33,411 nt of DNA, from assembly GCA_964549665.1 (NCBI GenBank), contig CAZJYF010000001.1:1-33411 (forward strand), written 5' to 3'. Each line of letters opens with the position of its first letter. The stretch's first letter is position 1. The notes below the pieces were generated by a model that saw nothing but the letters and a program-made list of their open reading frames with translations, had not been told where the DNA came from and did not search any database. The DNA comes from an uncultured Saprospiraceae bacterium. GTDB taxonomy: Bacteria > Bacteroidota > Bacteroidia > Chitinophagales > Saprospiraceae. This document shows, in pieces, positions 25,551 through 33,411 of the stretch. A program made the translations under genes and the position numbers.

Positions 25551-26489
25551 TTAATCCGAAAACCGAAGTTCCTCCACCGGTTTAAAAAGTCGCTTGTAAA
25601 CCCCCGATGAATCACTTGCAAACCATCCATCGGGATTGAGGCTTGAATTCAAAATGAAGGGTTTATCGCGAGTCGTATCGACATAACATTGAATGACGAT
25701 TGGGTCAATCTGATTATTTGCATTGATGGTCATGGTCTTTTGCAGCAAATCCGCCGACTGAACTACGTCAAAATCATCGGCGAATTCGACACCTGAGATG
25801 CCTTGCAGTATTCCGATGTAGGTTCTCATTTTGGTAGAATCGAGCAGCTCCGAACCATTCAAGGCCCAGCCATTTCCTTGCCTAACAATAGAATAAGTCG
25901 CGTTTCCCTCGCTAAAATCGAGCGAAGTGATGTCTTCTTTTTTTATTTTGACCATCAATTTATTGCGGTAAGAATTAAAGCCCCCCCCCAAATTAAGGGC
26001 TAGGAAACCGTCGACTGCATACACCTCGTTTTCCCCTGACAACCGAACATAGGAAGTAGCTGTCTGGGCATTTTGGTCAAAGGAAAAACGGCCAAGAATA
26101 AAATCTTCGAGCACCTTTTTTCCGGAATACACCACCATGCGGGTTCCATTTCCTTCGTCCACTTCATAATCTGCCCATTTTTCGGGTTTTTTAGCTACCA
26201 CTCTTTTGGTTCTTATCAGCGTCAATTGCCTGAGCAAACTTCCTATCGAATTGGTTGTGGCCTTGGCGCTGATTGCACCTTTCGAAACAATCCAAGCGCT
26301 ACTTTCCCTCTTCAAGCTAACTTCGGCACTATCCGTTTTGGGGAAAACGGAAATAGCCGTCACCTTGGAAGTATCCACCCTAATCAATTCGGCTTTAAAA
26401 CTTCGCTCCTTTTGCCCGGAGAAGAGTTTACTCAGTCCGTAAATGCCCAACAAGGCAATCAGTACGATGAAAAGTGTTTTGTTGTTCAT
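25551..26489 (-). CDS. DUF4340-like protein (GldG-associated)
   Basis: I chose the start at ATG 26489 (MNNKTLFIVLIALLGIYGL, an N-terminal anchor); the track start at 26525 is a TTG. Its position right after gldG and its overall pattern match the DUF4340 proteins that commonly follow gldG. This assignment is from memory of synteny, not from a search. Confidence 0.72.
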   Translation of the reverse strand: MNNKTLFIVLIALLGIYGLSKLFSGQKERSFKAELIRVDTSKVTAISVFPKTDSAEVSLKRESSAWIVSKGAISAKATTNSIGSLLRQLTLIRTKRVVAKKPEKWADYEVDEGNGTRMVVYSGKKVLEDFILGRFSFDQNAQTATSYVRLSGENEVYAVDGFLALNLGGGFNSYRNKLMVKIKKEDITSLDFSEGNATYSIVRQGNGWALNGSELLDSTKMRTYIGILQGISGVEFADDFDVVQSADLLQKTMTINANNQIDPIVIQCYVDTTRDKPFILNSSLNPDGWFASDSSGVYKRLFKPVEELRFSD

Positions 26490-26536
26490 TCTATTTTGGT
26501 TTTGAAATAACTCCCTTATTTTCAAATATCAAGCCC

Positions 26537-28054
26537 TCAGACGTAGCGTTCCTGCATCCGTTTGATGCGGAGGTTCCGCTGTCGTTGAGAACGAAAAATG
26601 CCGTAAATGATAATCAACAGAATGGGTAATCCAAAATTCAAATATTTGAGGAAGTTTCTTTTTCCGGCATTATCCTCGCCAAGGTATTCATCTGCAATCG
26701 GGCGGGAAGCTACTCCTTTCGCCCGCAATTCAATCAAGCCCGTATCATCCGACAACCAATCGATGCTGTTGACGAACAAATTGAGGTTGTCCTCATTGAC
26801 TTTCCTGTTTTGACCCCCAACCGCAAAGTCCCCATCCCCAACGAGTATAATTTTGCCGGAAGCAGCGGTGGCGGAATTTCTTTCAAGAATTCCGGCAACG
26901 ACAAGATTCGAAAGCGGGAAATCCGAATCCTTCCATTTCTTGTTCGTCACGTCAAAATAGGTTGGCGCTTTAATGATTCCAGATTGGGCGGAAGTCAAGG
27001 CAAGAGGTACAAAAGTAGAAAGGCTATCGCCGAGGAATCTAATCGGGCTGACAAAAGGCAAAATAACTTGCTCCATGCCCTTGGTTATCGGATGGTCGGG
27101 GAAATTTTTGATTAGCGGAAGGAAAGGAAAACGAACCTGGGTATTGAAGGTAAAGAAGCCCTGTCGTTGTTGCACCGTTACGGGGGCACAATCGGCATCC
27201 ACGACAAAACTGTTTTCAATTTCCAGTCCTTTGTTCTTCAACCAGGATTCCAGTCCCGTAGTATGGGCGGTTCCGCTTGCATTTTGCAAATCACCGTCCA
27301 CGGCATTGTAGGCGATAAAAAGATTCCCCCCCCTACTCAAATAATCGTCCAATTTGGCCAAGTGTTCTGCGGGAATGGAATCCCGGGGATTGACCAAAGC
27401 AACCGCCCGGAAGCGGTCGGCAATGCTGGTTTCCGTACTTAAATCGATGTTTTCGACATTGTACAAAATGCTCAAAGACTGGTAGGCTTGCGCCAAATCC
27501 TGAAATCCGGGTTCGCCATGCCCCTGAATTAAACCGACGGAGGGTTTATCAGTAACAGAAAGTTTTTTTATGCCAGTGGTCAATGAATATTCCATCCCCA
27601 GCCCTGACTGAATGACGGGGATGACATCTTTTTGTTCTTCCAATTGAATGATAGCCGCCATGTAGCCCTTTTTCTGGATCAACTGGTCTTTTTCGCGAAC
27701 ATTGAATAAGATGGGGGGAATGCGCAATTGATTCAACTCTTTTTCCACCTCCGGGTCCTTGTTGGGGTTCACAAATTCGTAATCCACCATCCCTTTGGAA
27801 ACATTTGAATATTCGACCAACATGTCGCGGAAATCCTGGAGGACCTTTGCATACTGAGGCGGAAGACCTTCGGTAAAATAGGCCTTTACCGTGACGGGGC
27901 TTTCCAGGTTTTTTAAAATATCTTTGGTAGCACGGCTAAGCGTATATTGTTGATCTTCGGTTAAATCCAAGCGGAAAAACAATTCTCTGGAAATGGCATT
28001 CGCTACCAGGATGATTCCTGCCACGAGTAATATGGAAAAGGTGTTTTTTTTCAT
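26537..28054 (-). CDS. gldG: Gliding-motility-associated ABC transporter accessory protein GldG
   Basis: 505 aa with an N-terminal TM helix, a large periplasmic region, and a C-terminal TM helix (FGLPILLIIIYGIF). The gene order gldA-gldF-gldG is conserved. Confidence 0.85.
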   Translation of the reverse strand: MKKNTFSILLVAGIILVANAISRELFFRLDLTEDQQYTLSRATKDILKNLESPVTVKAYFTEGLPPQYAKVLQDFRDMLVEYSNVSKGMVDYEFVNPNKDPEVEKELNQLRIPPILFNVREKDQLIQKKGYMAAIIQLEEQKDVIPVIQSGLGMEYSLTTGIKKLSVTDKPSVGLIQGHGEPGFQDLAQAYQSLSILYNVENIDLSTETSIADRFRAVALVNPRDSIPAEHLAKLDDYLSRGGNLFIAYNAVDGDLQNASGTAHTTGLESWLKNKGLEIENSFVVDADCAPVTVQQRQGFFTFNTQVRFPFLPLIKNFPDHPITKGMEQVILPFVSPIRFLGDSLSTFVPLALTSAQSGIIKAPTYFDVTNKKWKDSDFPLSNLVVAGILERNSATAASGKIILVGDGDFAVGGQNRKVNEDNLNLFVNSIDWLSDDTGLIELRAKGVASRPIADEYLGEDNAGKRNFLKYLNFGLPILLIIIYGIFRSQRQRNLRIKRMQERYV

Positions 28055-28126
28055 TTTGGATTTTTTTAGCTATTGAACGCTGACAAAAAATGAAATAACT
28101 TTAAAAACCGGCAGTATAGCATCACC

Positions 28127-28843
28127 CTACCTCTTAGAAATAATGAGTTCCGATAGAACCAACCCCAAGGTGATAATGGAAGCAAAAAAGACCAGGTCTT
28201 TGCTGTCCAATACTCCTCTGGAAATAGAATCGAAATGGTAGGAGACACTTAGGGTATTCAACAAGCTGGCTAAAAACCCGATCTGCCCACTGGCCATCAC
28301 ATCAAACAGGAACTGGAAGAAAATGCCGATAAAAAGAGCCACCAAAAAAGCTACAATTTGGTTGTTGGTGATACTGCTGGCAAAAAGCCCGATGCTGATG
28401 TAAGCCGCACTCATCAAAAGCAGCCCGAAATAACCCGAAATAGTAGCTCCATGATCAATATTTCCCAATTTAGCGACCGTAATGTAGTAGGGAAGTGTGA
28501 ACAAAATGGCGATGGCTATCATCAGGAAGCAAGAAAGAAATTTTCCGAGAATCAACTGCCTGTTGGAGATGGCCTTGGTGAGAAGCAACTCAATGGTACC
28601 ATTGCGCTTTTCCTCTGCCAATTGTCTCATGGTAATAGCCGGAATGAAGAAAAACAGGGTCCATTTGGCCACCCCGAAAAAGACAGTCAGATCTGCCTGC
28701 CTCCTGAAGAAAACGTCGGCATTGCTGTTCATCCATGTAAAGAAGCCGGTGAACCCCAAAAAAGCTACCAAAATCAGGTAGGCGATGAGGGAATCAAAAT
28801 AGGAACCTAATTCCCGTCTTACGATAACCATTACTGGATTCAT
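28127..28843 (-). CDS. gldF: Gliding-motility-associated ABC transporter permease GldF (ABC-2 type)
   Basis: 238 aa with 6 TM segments. FFFIPAITMRQLAEEKRNGTIELLLTKAIS and FASSITNNQIVAFLVAL closely resemble Flavobacterium johnsoniae GldF as I recall it. Confidence 0.86.
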   Translation of the reverse strand: MNPVMVIVRRELGSYFDSLIAYLILVAFLGFTGFFTWMNSNADVFFRRQADLTVFFGVAKWTLFFFIPAITMRQLAEEKRNGTIELLLTKAISNRQLILGKFLSCFLMIAIAILFTLPYYITVAKLGNIDHGATISGYFGLLLMSAAYISIGLFASSITNNQIVAFLVALFIGIFFQFLFDVMASGQIGFLASLLNTLSVSYHFDSISRGVLDSKDLVFFASIITLGLVLSELIISKR

Positions 28844-28894
28844 ACTAAAATGATTTTATGCTATAACGACCAAATGACTAATGACCCAATTGAC

Positions 28895-29818
28895 CTAATT
28901 CATAGTGAGGTCTCTGAAAATATCTTCCAGGCGGGTTTCAAAAGGCACCATTTCCGTTAGGGCCCATTTGTTTTTGATGCACAATTTAAAAATGTCCCGG
29001 TTAGAAATTTTCTCTGGATGGCTTTGGATTTCAAAGCGATTGTTTTCTTTATCGAGAAAATCTACCATTGCCACCGAAGGCAGGGCTTTTAATTTATCAT
29101 ACACGGCACTCAGGTCGCCGTCCTCAATCCGGACATGCAAAACTTGCTGTCCCTGCGCCTGGCTTCGCAGAGAGTTGGCCGTGCCGTCGGCAACGATTTT
29201 TCCGTTATTGATGATGAGAATTCGATTACAGGTCGCTTCTACTTCCGGGAGTATGTGGGTGCTGAGTATGACGGTTTTTTCATTGCCGATTTTTTTAATC
29301 AACTCCCGTATTTCGACGATTTGGTTGGGGTCCAGTCCCGTGGTTGGCTCATCGAGGATGAGAATCTCCGGGTCGTGAATCATTGCCTGGGCCAAACCGA
29401 CTCTTTGGCGAAAACCCTTCGACAACTCGCCGATTTTTTTGTGTTTTTCAACATCAAGTCCACAAACTCTGACCATATCTCGCACGCGCTCGCCAATAAG
29501 ACTTTTGCCTACGCCTTGAAGAGCTGCACAAAATCCGAGGTAATCGAGAACGGGCATGTCTAAATATAGTGGATTCGATTCGGGCAGGTAACCGATGCGG
29601 CTTTTCATCACTCCGGTCCCAACGGATTGTCCTCCGATGAAAACATCACCTTGGTCGGCGTCAATGTAATTGGTAATCATCTTCATGGTAGTCGTCTTGC
29701 CGGCTCCATTTGGACCTAGAAAGCCGAGGATTTCTCCTGTTTTCACTTCGAACGAGATGTTGTCAACAGCTTTTTGAAAACCATAACTTTTTGTCAAATT
29801 TCGAACGCTAATATCCAT
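28895..29818 (-). CDS. gldA: Gliding-motility-associated ABC transporter ATP-binding protein GldA
   Basis: 307 aa. Walker A GPNGAGKTT, signature LSKGFRQRVGLAQA, Walker B LILDEPTTGLD, H-loop LSTHIL. IGYLPESNPLYLDM is GldA-like. Confidence 0.9.
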   Translation of the reverse strand: MDISVRNLTKSYGFQKAVDNISFEVKTGEILGFLGPNGAGKTTTMKMITNYIDADQGDVFIGGQSVGTGVMKSRIGYLPESNPLYLDMPVLDYLGFCAALQGVGKSLIGERVRDMVRVCGLDVEKHKKIGELSKGFRQRVGLAQAMIHDPEILILDEPTTGLDPNQIVEIRELIKKIGNEKTVILSTHILPEVEATCNRILIINNGKIVADGTANSLRSQAQGQQVLHVRIEDGDLSAVYDKLKALPSVAMVDFLDKENNRFEIQSHPEKISNRDIFKLCIKNKWALTEMVPFETRLEDIFRDLTMN

Positions 29819-30260
29819 AATAATCAGTTAAACCAATTAAAAAATCCGGGAAAGAAAGAACGAAACAATACAAGCACTAAAGGACTCATTCCGAGTTGGG
29901 AACTGCTTTTATTAGCCGGGCTTTTAAAATGGACTCTTCCATTTAATAATTACCAATAATAATTGATTTACAGAGTTATAAATATGTAATAAAAAAACCA
30001 TAAATCACAAATCCAACTTGTTGGAAATATCCGCTCAAAAGTCCGGCTTAAAAGCAGGACGCAAAATTAAAATTTTATTAGAAATCAAAGAATTTTCCAA
30101 AAAAAAATTATTGAAAGGAAAATTGGCATTTTTTTTATTTTAATCTAAATTTGCCTCTTATTTTCAAATTCATTTTTTTTTAATATCCAAGACAGAGTAG
30201 TTTGCAAATTTCTTCCTTTTTATTTGCGACCTTTTCTGTTTAATTTAAAAAATATACGAT

Positions 30261-30878
30261 ATGAAAAACTCGATTTTGTTATTCGGATTCTTTACTCTTT
30301 TTTCTGCTTGCGGAAACGGAGGCGGCCTTGGGAACGGTAGCGGTGCAACGGTTGATACAAATAATTTCGAACTCACAGATATTCCAGGTTCGGACTACAA
30401 AAAAGCGGTGAAAAAAGACGGGGATGGCAGGATTCTGCAAGAAGGAACCCTTCTGGATGGGAAAAAATTTGGCACCTGGATCACTTATTATCCAGAAAAA
30501 CAAATACCCAGAACAATCAGTAATTTTGTGAACGGTCTTTTCAATGGCCCATACATGGAATTGAATAACCGGGGCCAAATCGAAATGATGGCAGGCTACA
30601 AAAACAACGCCCTCGACGGAGAATACGTAAAGTTTAAAAATGGGAAGGCCAAAGAAAAAGCAGGCTATAAAAACGGCAAAATGGATGGAACTTACATCTC
30701 GTTTTTCGACGATTACAAACATTCCGACCAAGTTCAAAAGGAGTTCAATTACAAGAATGGCGAATTGGACGGTACGTACCGTTTCTACGATGAAGAAGGA
30801 AATATGACCCTGGAATACCTTTATAAAAAAGGTAAGAAAATAAGAGGTGGTATCGTGGAAGCTAAAACAGGGAAGTAA
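30261..30878 (+). CDS. MORN-variant repeat (YwqK-family-like) lipoprotein
   Basis: 205 aa with lipobox LFSAC/GNGG. Repeated G.x.G.Y units are present: NGLFNGPYMEL, NALDGEYVKF, GKMDGTYISF, GELDGTYRFY. Confidence 0.8.
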   Translation: MKNSILLFGFFTLFSACGNGGGLGNGSGATVDTNNFELTDIPGSDYKKAVKKDGDGRILQEGTLLDGKKFGTWITYYPEKQIPRTISNFVNGLFNGPYMELNNRGQIEMMAGYKNNALDGEYVKFKNGKAKEKAGYKNGKMDGTYISFFDDYKHSDQVQKEFNYKNGELDGTYRFYDEEGNMTLEYLYKKGKKIRGGIVEAKTGK

Positions 30879-30897
30879 TAGTTCCCCGGAAAGTCGG

Positions 30898-30921
30898 TTC
30901 GTTGATTCGTTGATTCGTTGA
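30898..30921. repeat. Perfect 3 x 8-nt tandem repeat TTCGTTGA
   Basis: TTCGTTGA TTCGTTGA TTCGTTGA read directly at 30898-30921, 20 nt after the MORN gene stop. Confidence 0.9.
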
Positions 30922-30941
30922 TAAGATTCCCTAGGGGAAGT

Positions 30942-30975
30942 TCAAGTACAAGTTCAAAATTGAACTTGTACTTGA
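30942..30975. repeat. Perfect 16-bp inverted repeat TCAAGTACAAGTTCAA-AA-TTGAACTTGTACTTGA (candidate terminator or operator)
   Basis: Arms 30942-30957 and 30960-30975 are exact reverse complements. No T-tract follows, so a terminator role is uncertain. Confidence 0.7.
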
Positions 30976-31285
30976 GTTTAAACCTCCTTCAGAGGGAAAA
31001 CCAAGTCCGAAAAATTATCGACAACATAGCCTGTCCCGTACCAAATTCGGGATTGGTTTCAAATTTCGGCTAAGCGCCTAGTTGAAGATTATCAACGAAT
31101 CCTCGAATCTCACAGATCCCCTCCTAATTGGCAAAAAAAATTGCCGCCGACAAATGTCTTACCCTCTATCCTTCCGCTCTTTTTTTATTTCTTTCTGAGA
31201 AAGAAGATTGATTTGACTGCCTGATTAGCAGCTTTTTTAAAAACTTACCAGTAAATTTGAATTTTTCAAAATCATTTGACCGGTA

Positions 31286-33411
31286 ATGAGAAACAATCAA
31301 TCTCCCTCCATCCACTCCGTCTATAAAAATGCACTCCCCTACTATCTGGACAGAGTGGACATTTGTTCTCTTGGCCAAACCGGCGATGCATTTGCCCAAA
31401 AGTGGGTCGATGATTTGCTTCGCGGCAACTTGGCCGTACAGGTTGATGCGAGCGGGCAGGCTGTTTCCAAGCTGCGCCACCTCTATTTCGAATCGCGCAA
31501 TCTGGAACGGACGAGGGGCCCAAAAACCTTTGGGTTTGGCTTTCCCTTCTTCGTAGAAACCTTTGAAAACAACCTCCGCATCGCCCCGATTTTTATTTGG
31601 CACCTGAGTATTGAACCGGGTCAAAACAAAATAGACTCTTGGATTATCCGGCAGGACGACCCCCACTTTATATTGCCCAACTACAAATTGATGCAGCATC
31701 TGAACACCAACTACGACCTGGAAATCCTCGAACAGTTCGAAATGGTGGCTTTGAATAATCACCTGACTAAAACCAAACTACTGGACCTTTGCGAACGGCT
31801 TGCAAGAAATCTCGATTTAAAAATAATGGACGAACCTGGTAAGGTGGTGCCTTCTCCCGGAATTGACAAAATCGGAGCCTTGTCCCAGAGAGGGGTCATT
31901 TTATGGTCGGGCGTTCTGAGCCTTTTCCCGCCACAGACCACCCGCAAATTGGACAAATATTTTAGACCCGAAGAAATTTTCCAATCAAGTCCCCTTTCAA
32001 TAGGTAAAAGCCACGACCCTTTTGCCCTGCTGCCTGCCGACCCTTGTCAGGCAAGCGCTTTGGAGACCATATTTCGCCAAAAAGTGACGGTGGTGGAAGG
32101 CGAAGCGGCCTCTGGAAAAAGCCAGACTTTGGTCAATCTGCTCATCAATGCGTTGTCCAATGGACAAAAATGTTTGATTGTCTCCGAGCAGGTTCCAGCT
32201 TTGAGAAAAATTCAGGACCGGCTTTCAAAAGCGGGAATAAATATTTTTCACTTTTTGTTGAAAGATTCGTTGAACGACAAAGCGCCTCTATTGGAGTTTC
32301 TGAGGGTCGCCGCGGCCGGAAGAAACCGAAACATCAACTTCATGGCCAAAGATTTTTTGGTGAAAAAGAACCGTTTCATCCGAGAAAAAAATAAACTCGA
32401 AGCAAACTATAAAGCTGTAAAAGAAAAGGTATTCGGAGAATACAACTGGACGGAGACGGTGGGTTTGTTTTTGAATAGCCATCGGATCGAAGGCAAAGAA
32501 TTGTTGACCAGCCAATTGAACGCCGCTGAATTTGACTTCAGTTTTGCCGAATACGAAATTTTCAAAAACGGTATTTTGAGCAGCCAACCTCTTTTCCAAA
32601 AATTAAAGACCCTCAAGCATCCACTCAGCAATTTGAATCACGCCATTTTCCAGAAAAAATCAAAAGATGAAGGACTGGCATTCATCGAGAAACAACTGAA
32701 ATGGTTCCTACAAAGCACTTCTAAATTGCACCACCGTTACATCAACCAAACCGATGACTACGCAACAAAATTGCGAGATAACTATGAACAATATTTTGAC
32801 CAAGTGGAAATACAACTGACTGGTTTACAAGAAAAAATTGCCGACAATAGCGCGCTGTTTGGAACGGATTTCACCCAAACGAATACCAGCTGGCTCCATT
32901 TCGCGAATTTTTTTTCTCCTAAAAGGAAAGCTTTGGCGAAAGCCAAAAAAGGCGTCCGGCGGGAATACCAAAAATTGGTTCGCACCCATCAGGACAGGCA
33001 ATATTTTGAATTTCAATTTTCCCACAGTATAGCAGGAACTCAGTTGCCCAAGGTTCTGGAAAACCTCGAAGCCTTCAGCAAAGCTCTTCATCATTGGCAC
33101 AAGCGTATCAACGCTATTGCGCAAGAAGAAATTTTGAGGCTGAACAGCAAAACGGTCCAACTCAACCCGGACTACAAGGAACAAATAGCGGAATTGGAAT
33201 ATGCCCTGGATGTCTTAATCGAGGAGTTGAATGATTCGGGCCTGTATGAAAACCCCTTATCCAACAAAACACTCACTATTCCTCAGCGGCAGAAATACCT
33301 GGAAAGCATCATCGAACAACTCGAAAACACCCAACTAAACCTCCGGGATTTTGACCTATTTTATCCCTGGCAGGTCAATTGGCTGCACTTGCCTTCTGTT
33401 TCCCAAAAGCT
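31286..33411 (+). CDS. Large P-loop SF1 (Upf1/DNA2-like) helicase-family protein with a DUF4011-like N-terminal region; 3' end lies beyond the window
   Basis: This ORF is not in the supplied track because it has no stop in the window. My hand translation from ATG 31286 (preceded by an in-frame TGA at 31277) is open to position 33411, about 708 codons. Walker A VVEGEAASGKSQTLVNLL lies at about 32099-32122. The N-terminal GFGFPFFVETFENNLRIAPIFIWHLSIEP resembles the DUF4011 core. A long K/E/Q/L-rich segment follows the P-loop. Confidence 0.8.
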   Translation, partial: MRNNQSPSIHSVYKNALPYYLDRVDICSLGQTGDAFAQKWVDDLLRGNLAVQVDASGQAVSKLRHLYFESRNLERTRGPKTFGFGFPFFVETFENNLRIAPIFIWHLSIEPGQNKIDSWIIRQDDPHFILPNYKLMQHLNTNYDLEILEQFEMVALNNHLTKTKLLDLCERLARNLDLKIMDEPGKVVPSPGIDKIGALSQRGVILWSGVLSLFPPQTTRKLDKYFRPEEIFQSSPLSIGKSHDPFALLPADPCQASALETIFRQKVTVVEGEAASGKSQTLVNLLINALSNGQKCLIVSEQVPALRKIQDRLSKAGINIFHFLLKDSLNDKAPLLEFLRVAAAGRNRNINFMAKDFLVKKNRFIREKNKLEANYKAVKEKVFGEYNWTETVGLFLNSHRIEGKELLTSQLNAAEFDFSFAEYEIFKNGILSSQPLFQKLKTLKHPLSNLNHAIFQKKSKDEGLAFIEKQLKWFLQSTSKLHHRYINQTDDYATKLRDNYEQYFDQVEIQLTGLQEKIADNSALFGTDFTQTNTSWLHFANFFSPKRKALAKAKKGVRREYQKLVRTHQDRQYFEFQFSHSIAGTQLPKVLENLEAFSKALHHWHKRINAIAQEEILRLNSKTVQLNPDYKEQIAELEYALDVLIEELNDSGLYENPLSNKTLTIPQRQKYLESIIEQLENTQLNLRDFDLFYPWQVNWLHLPSVSQK

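Noticed and set aside
30885-30897. GGAAAGTCGG string reminiscent of the RNase P RNA GGAAAGTCCGG box
   Set aside because: It is a single short partial match. None of the other conserved RNase P elements or helices is nearby.
31166-31762. 198-aa minus-strand ORF from the track
   Set aside because: It lies antisense to the long open plus-strand frame (31286 onward), which carries recognisable P-loop and DUF4011-like motifs. Its own sequence has no recognisable features and no signal or start context. I judge it a shadow ORF.
1-33411. Search for CRISPR arrays, rRNA, tmRNA/SRP/6S-like RNAs, IS elements, integrases, toxin-antitoxin pairs or known defence operons
   Set aside because: I saw no regularly spaced 25-40-nt direct repeats. 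Apart from tRNA-Arg there is no second T-arm-like GGTTCGAATCC or other conserved RNA box. No ORF has transposase, recombinase or reverse-transcriptase motifs. This was a by-eye scan only, so small or divergent elements could have been missed.

Overview
The window reads as a chromosomal segment of a Bacteroidota bacterium. Supporting evidence: two proteins with Por/T9SS C-terminal sorting domains, a gldA-gldF-gldG gliding-type ABC operon, a DUF6089-like barrel, a CarboxypepD_reg-type TonB-dependent receptor, a LytS/LytTR two-component pair, and AT-rich leaders without Shine-Dalgarno sequences. I can support 27 protein-coding genes and one tRNA. In order they are: rpmG-rpmB-tRNA-Arg(ACG); a T9SS subtilase; a divergent papain-like pseudo-peptidase; a DUF6089-like OMP; a Pmp-repeat beta-helix protein; recQ; a GT4-like glycosyltransferase; a co-directional minus-strand run (TonB receptor, helical secreted protein, LytS-type kinase, LytTR regulator, membrane metallophosphoesterase, lipocalin-like lipoprotein); tilS; an 818-aa T9SS cargo protein; rfaE1 and waaA (LPS core); an OMP; a triple Kazal-like lipoprotein; DUF4340; gldG, gldF and gldA; a MORN/YwqK-like lipoprotein; and a large P-loop helicase-like gene that runs off the 3' end and is absent from the supplied ORF track. 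I found no CRISPR array, rRNA, transposase, integrase or recognised defence system. I cannot name a clear-cut new multi-gene system with confidence. The best candidates for follow-up are: (1) the bacterial triple-Kazal lipoprotein with a rewired cysteine pattern behind gldAFG-DUF4340; (2) the untracked DUF4011-like SF1 helicase and its repeat-rich upstream region; (3) the catalytically dead C1-peptidase homologue paired head-to-head with the S8 protease; (4) the TonB receptor/TPR-like/LytS/LytTR module, whose gene junctions each carry a GTTCCC/GGGAAC-core hairpin, one of them with competing stems; (5) several intergenic repeat families. All domain calls come from motifs read by eye. No database search was run.
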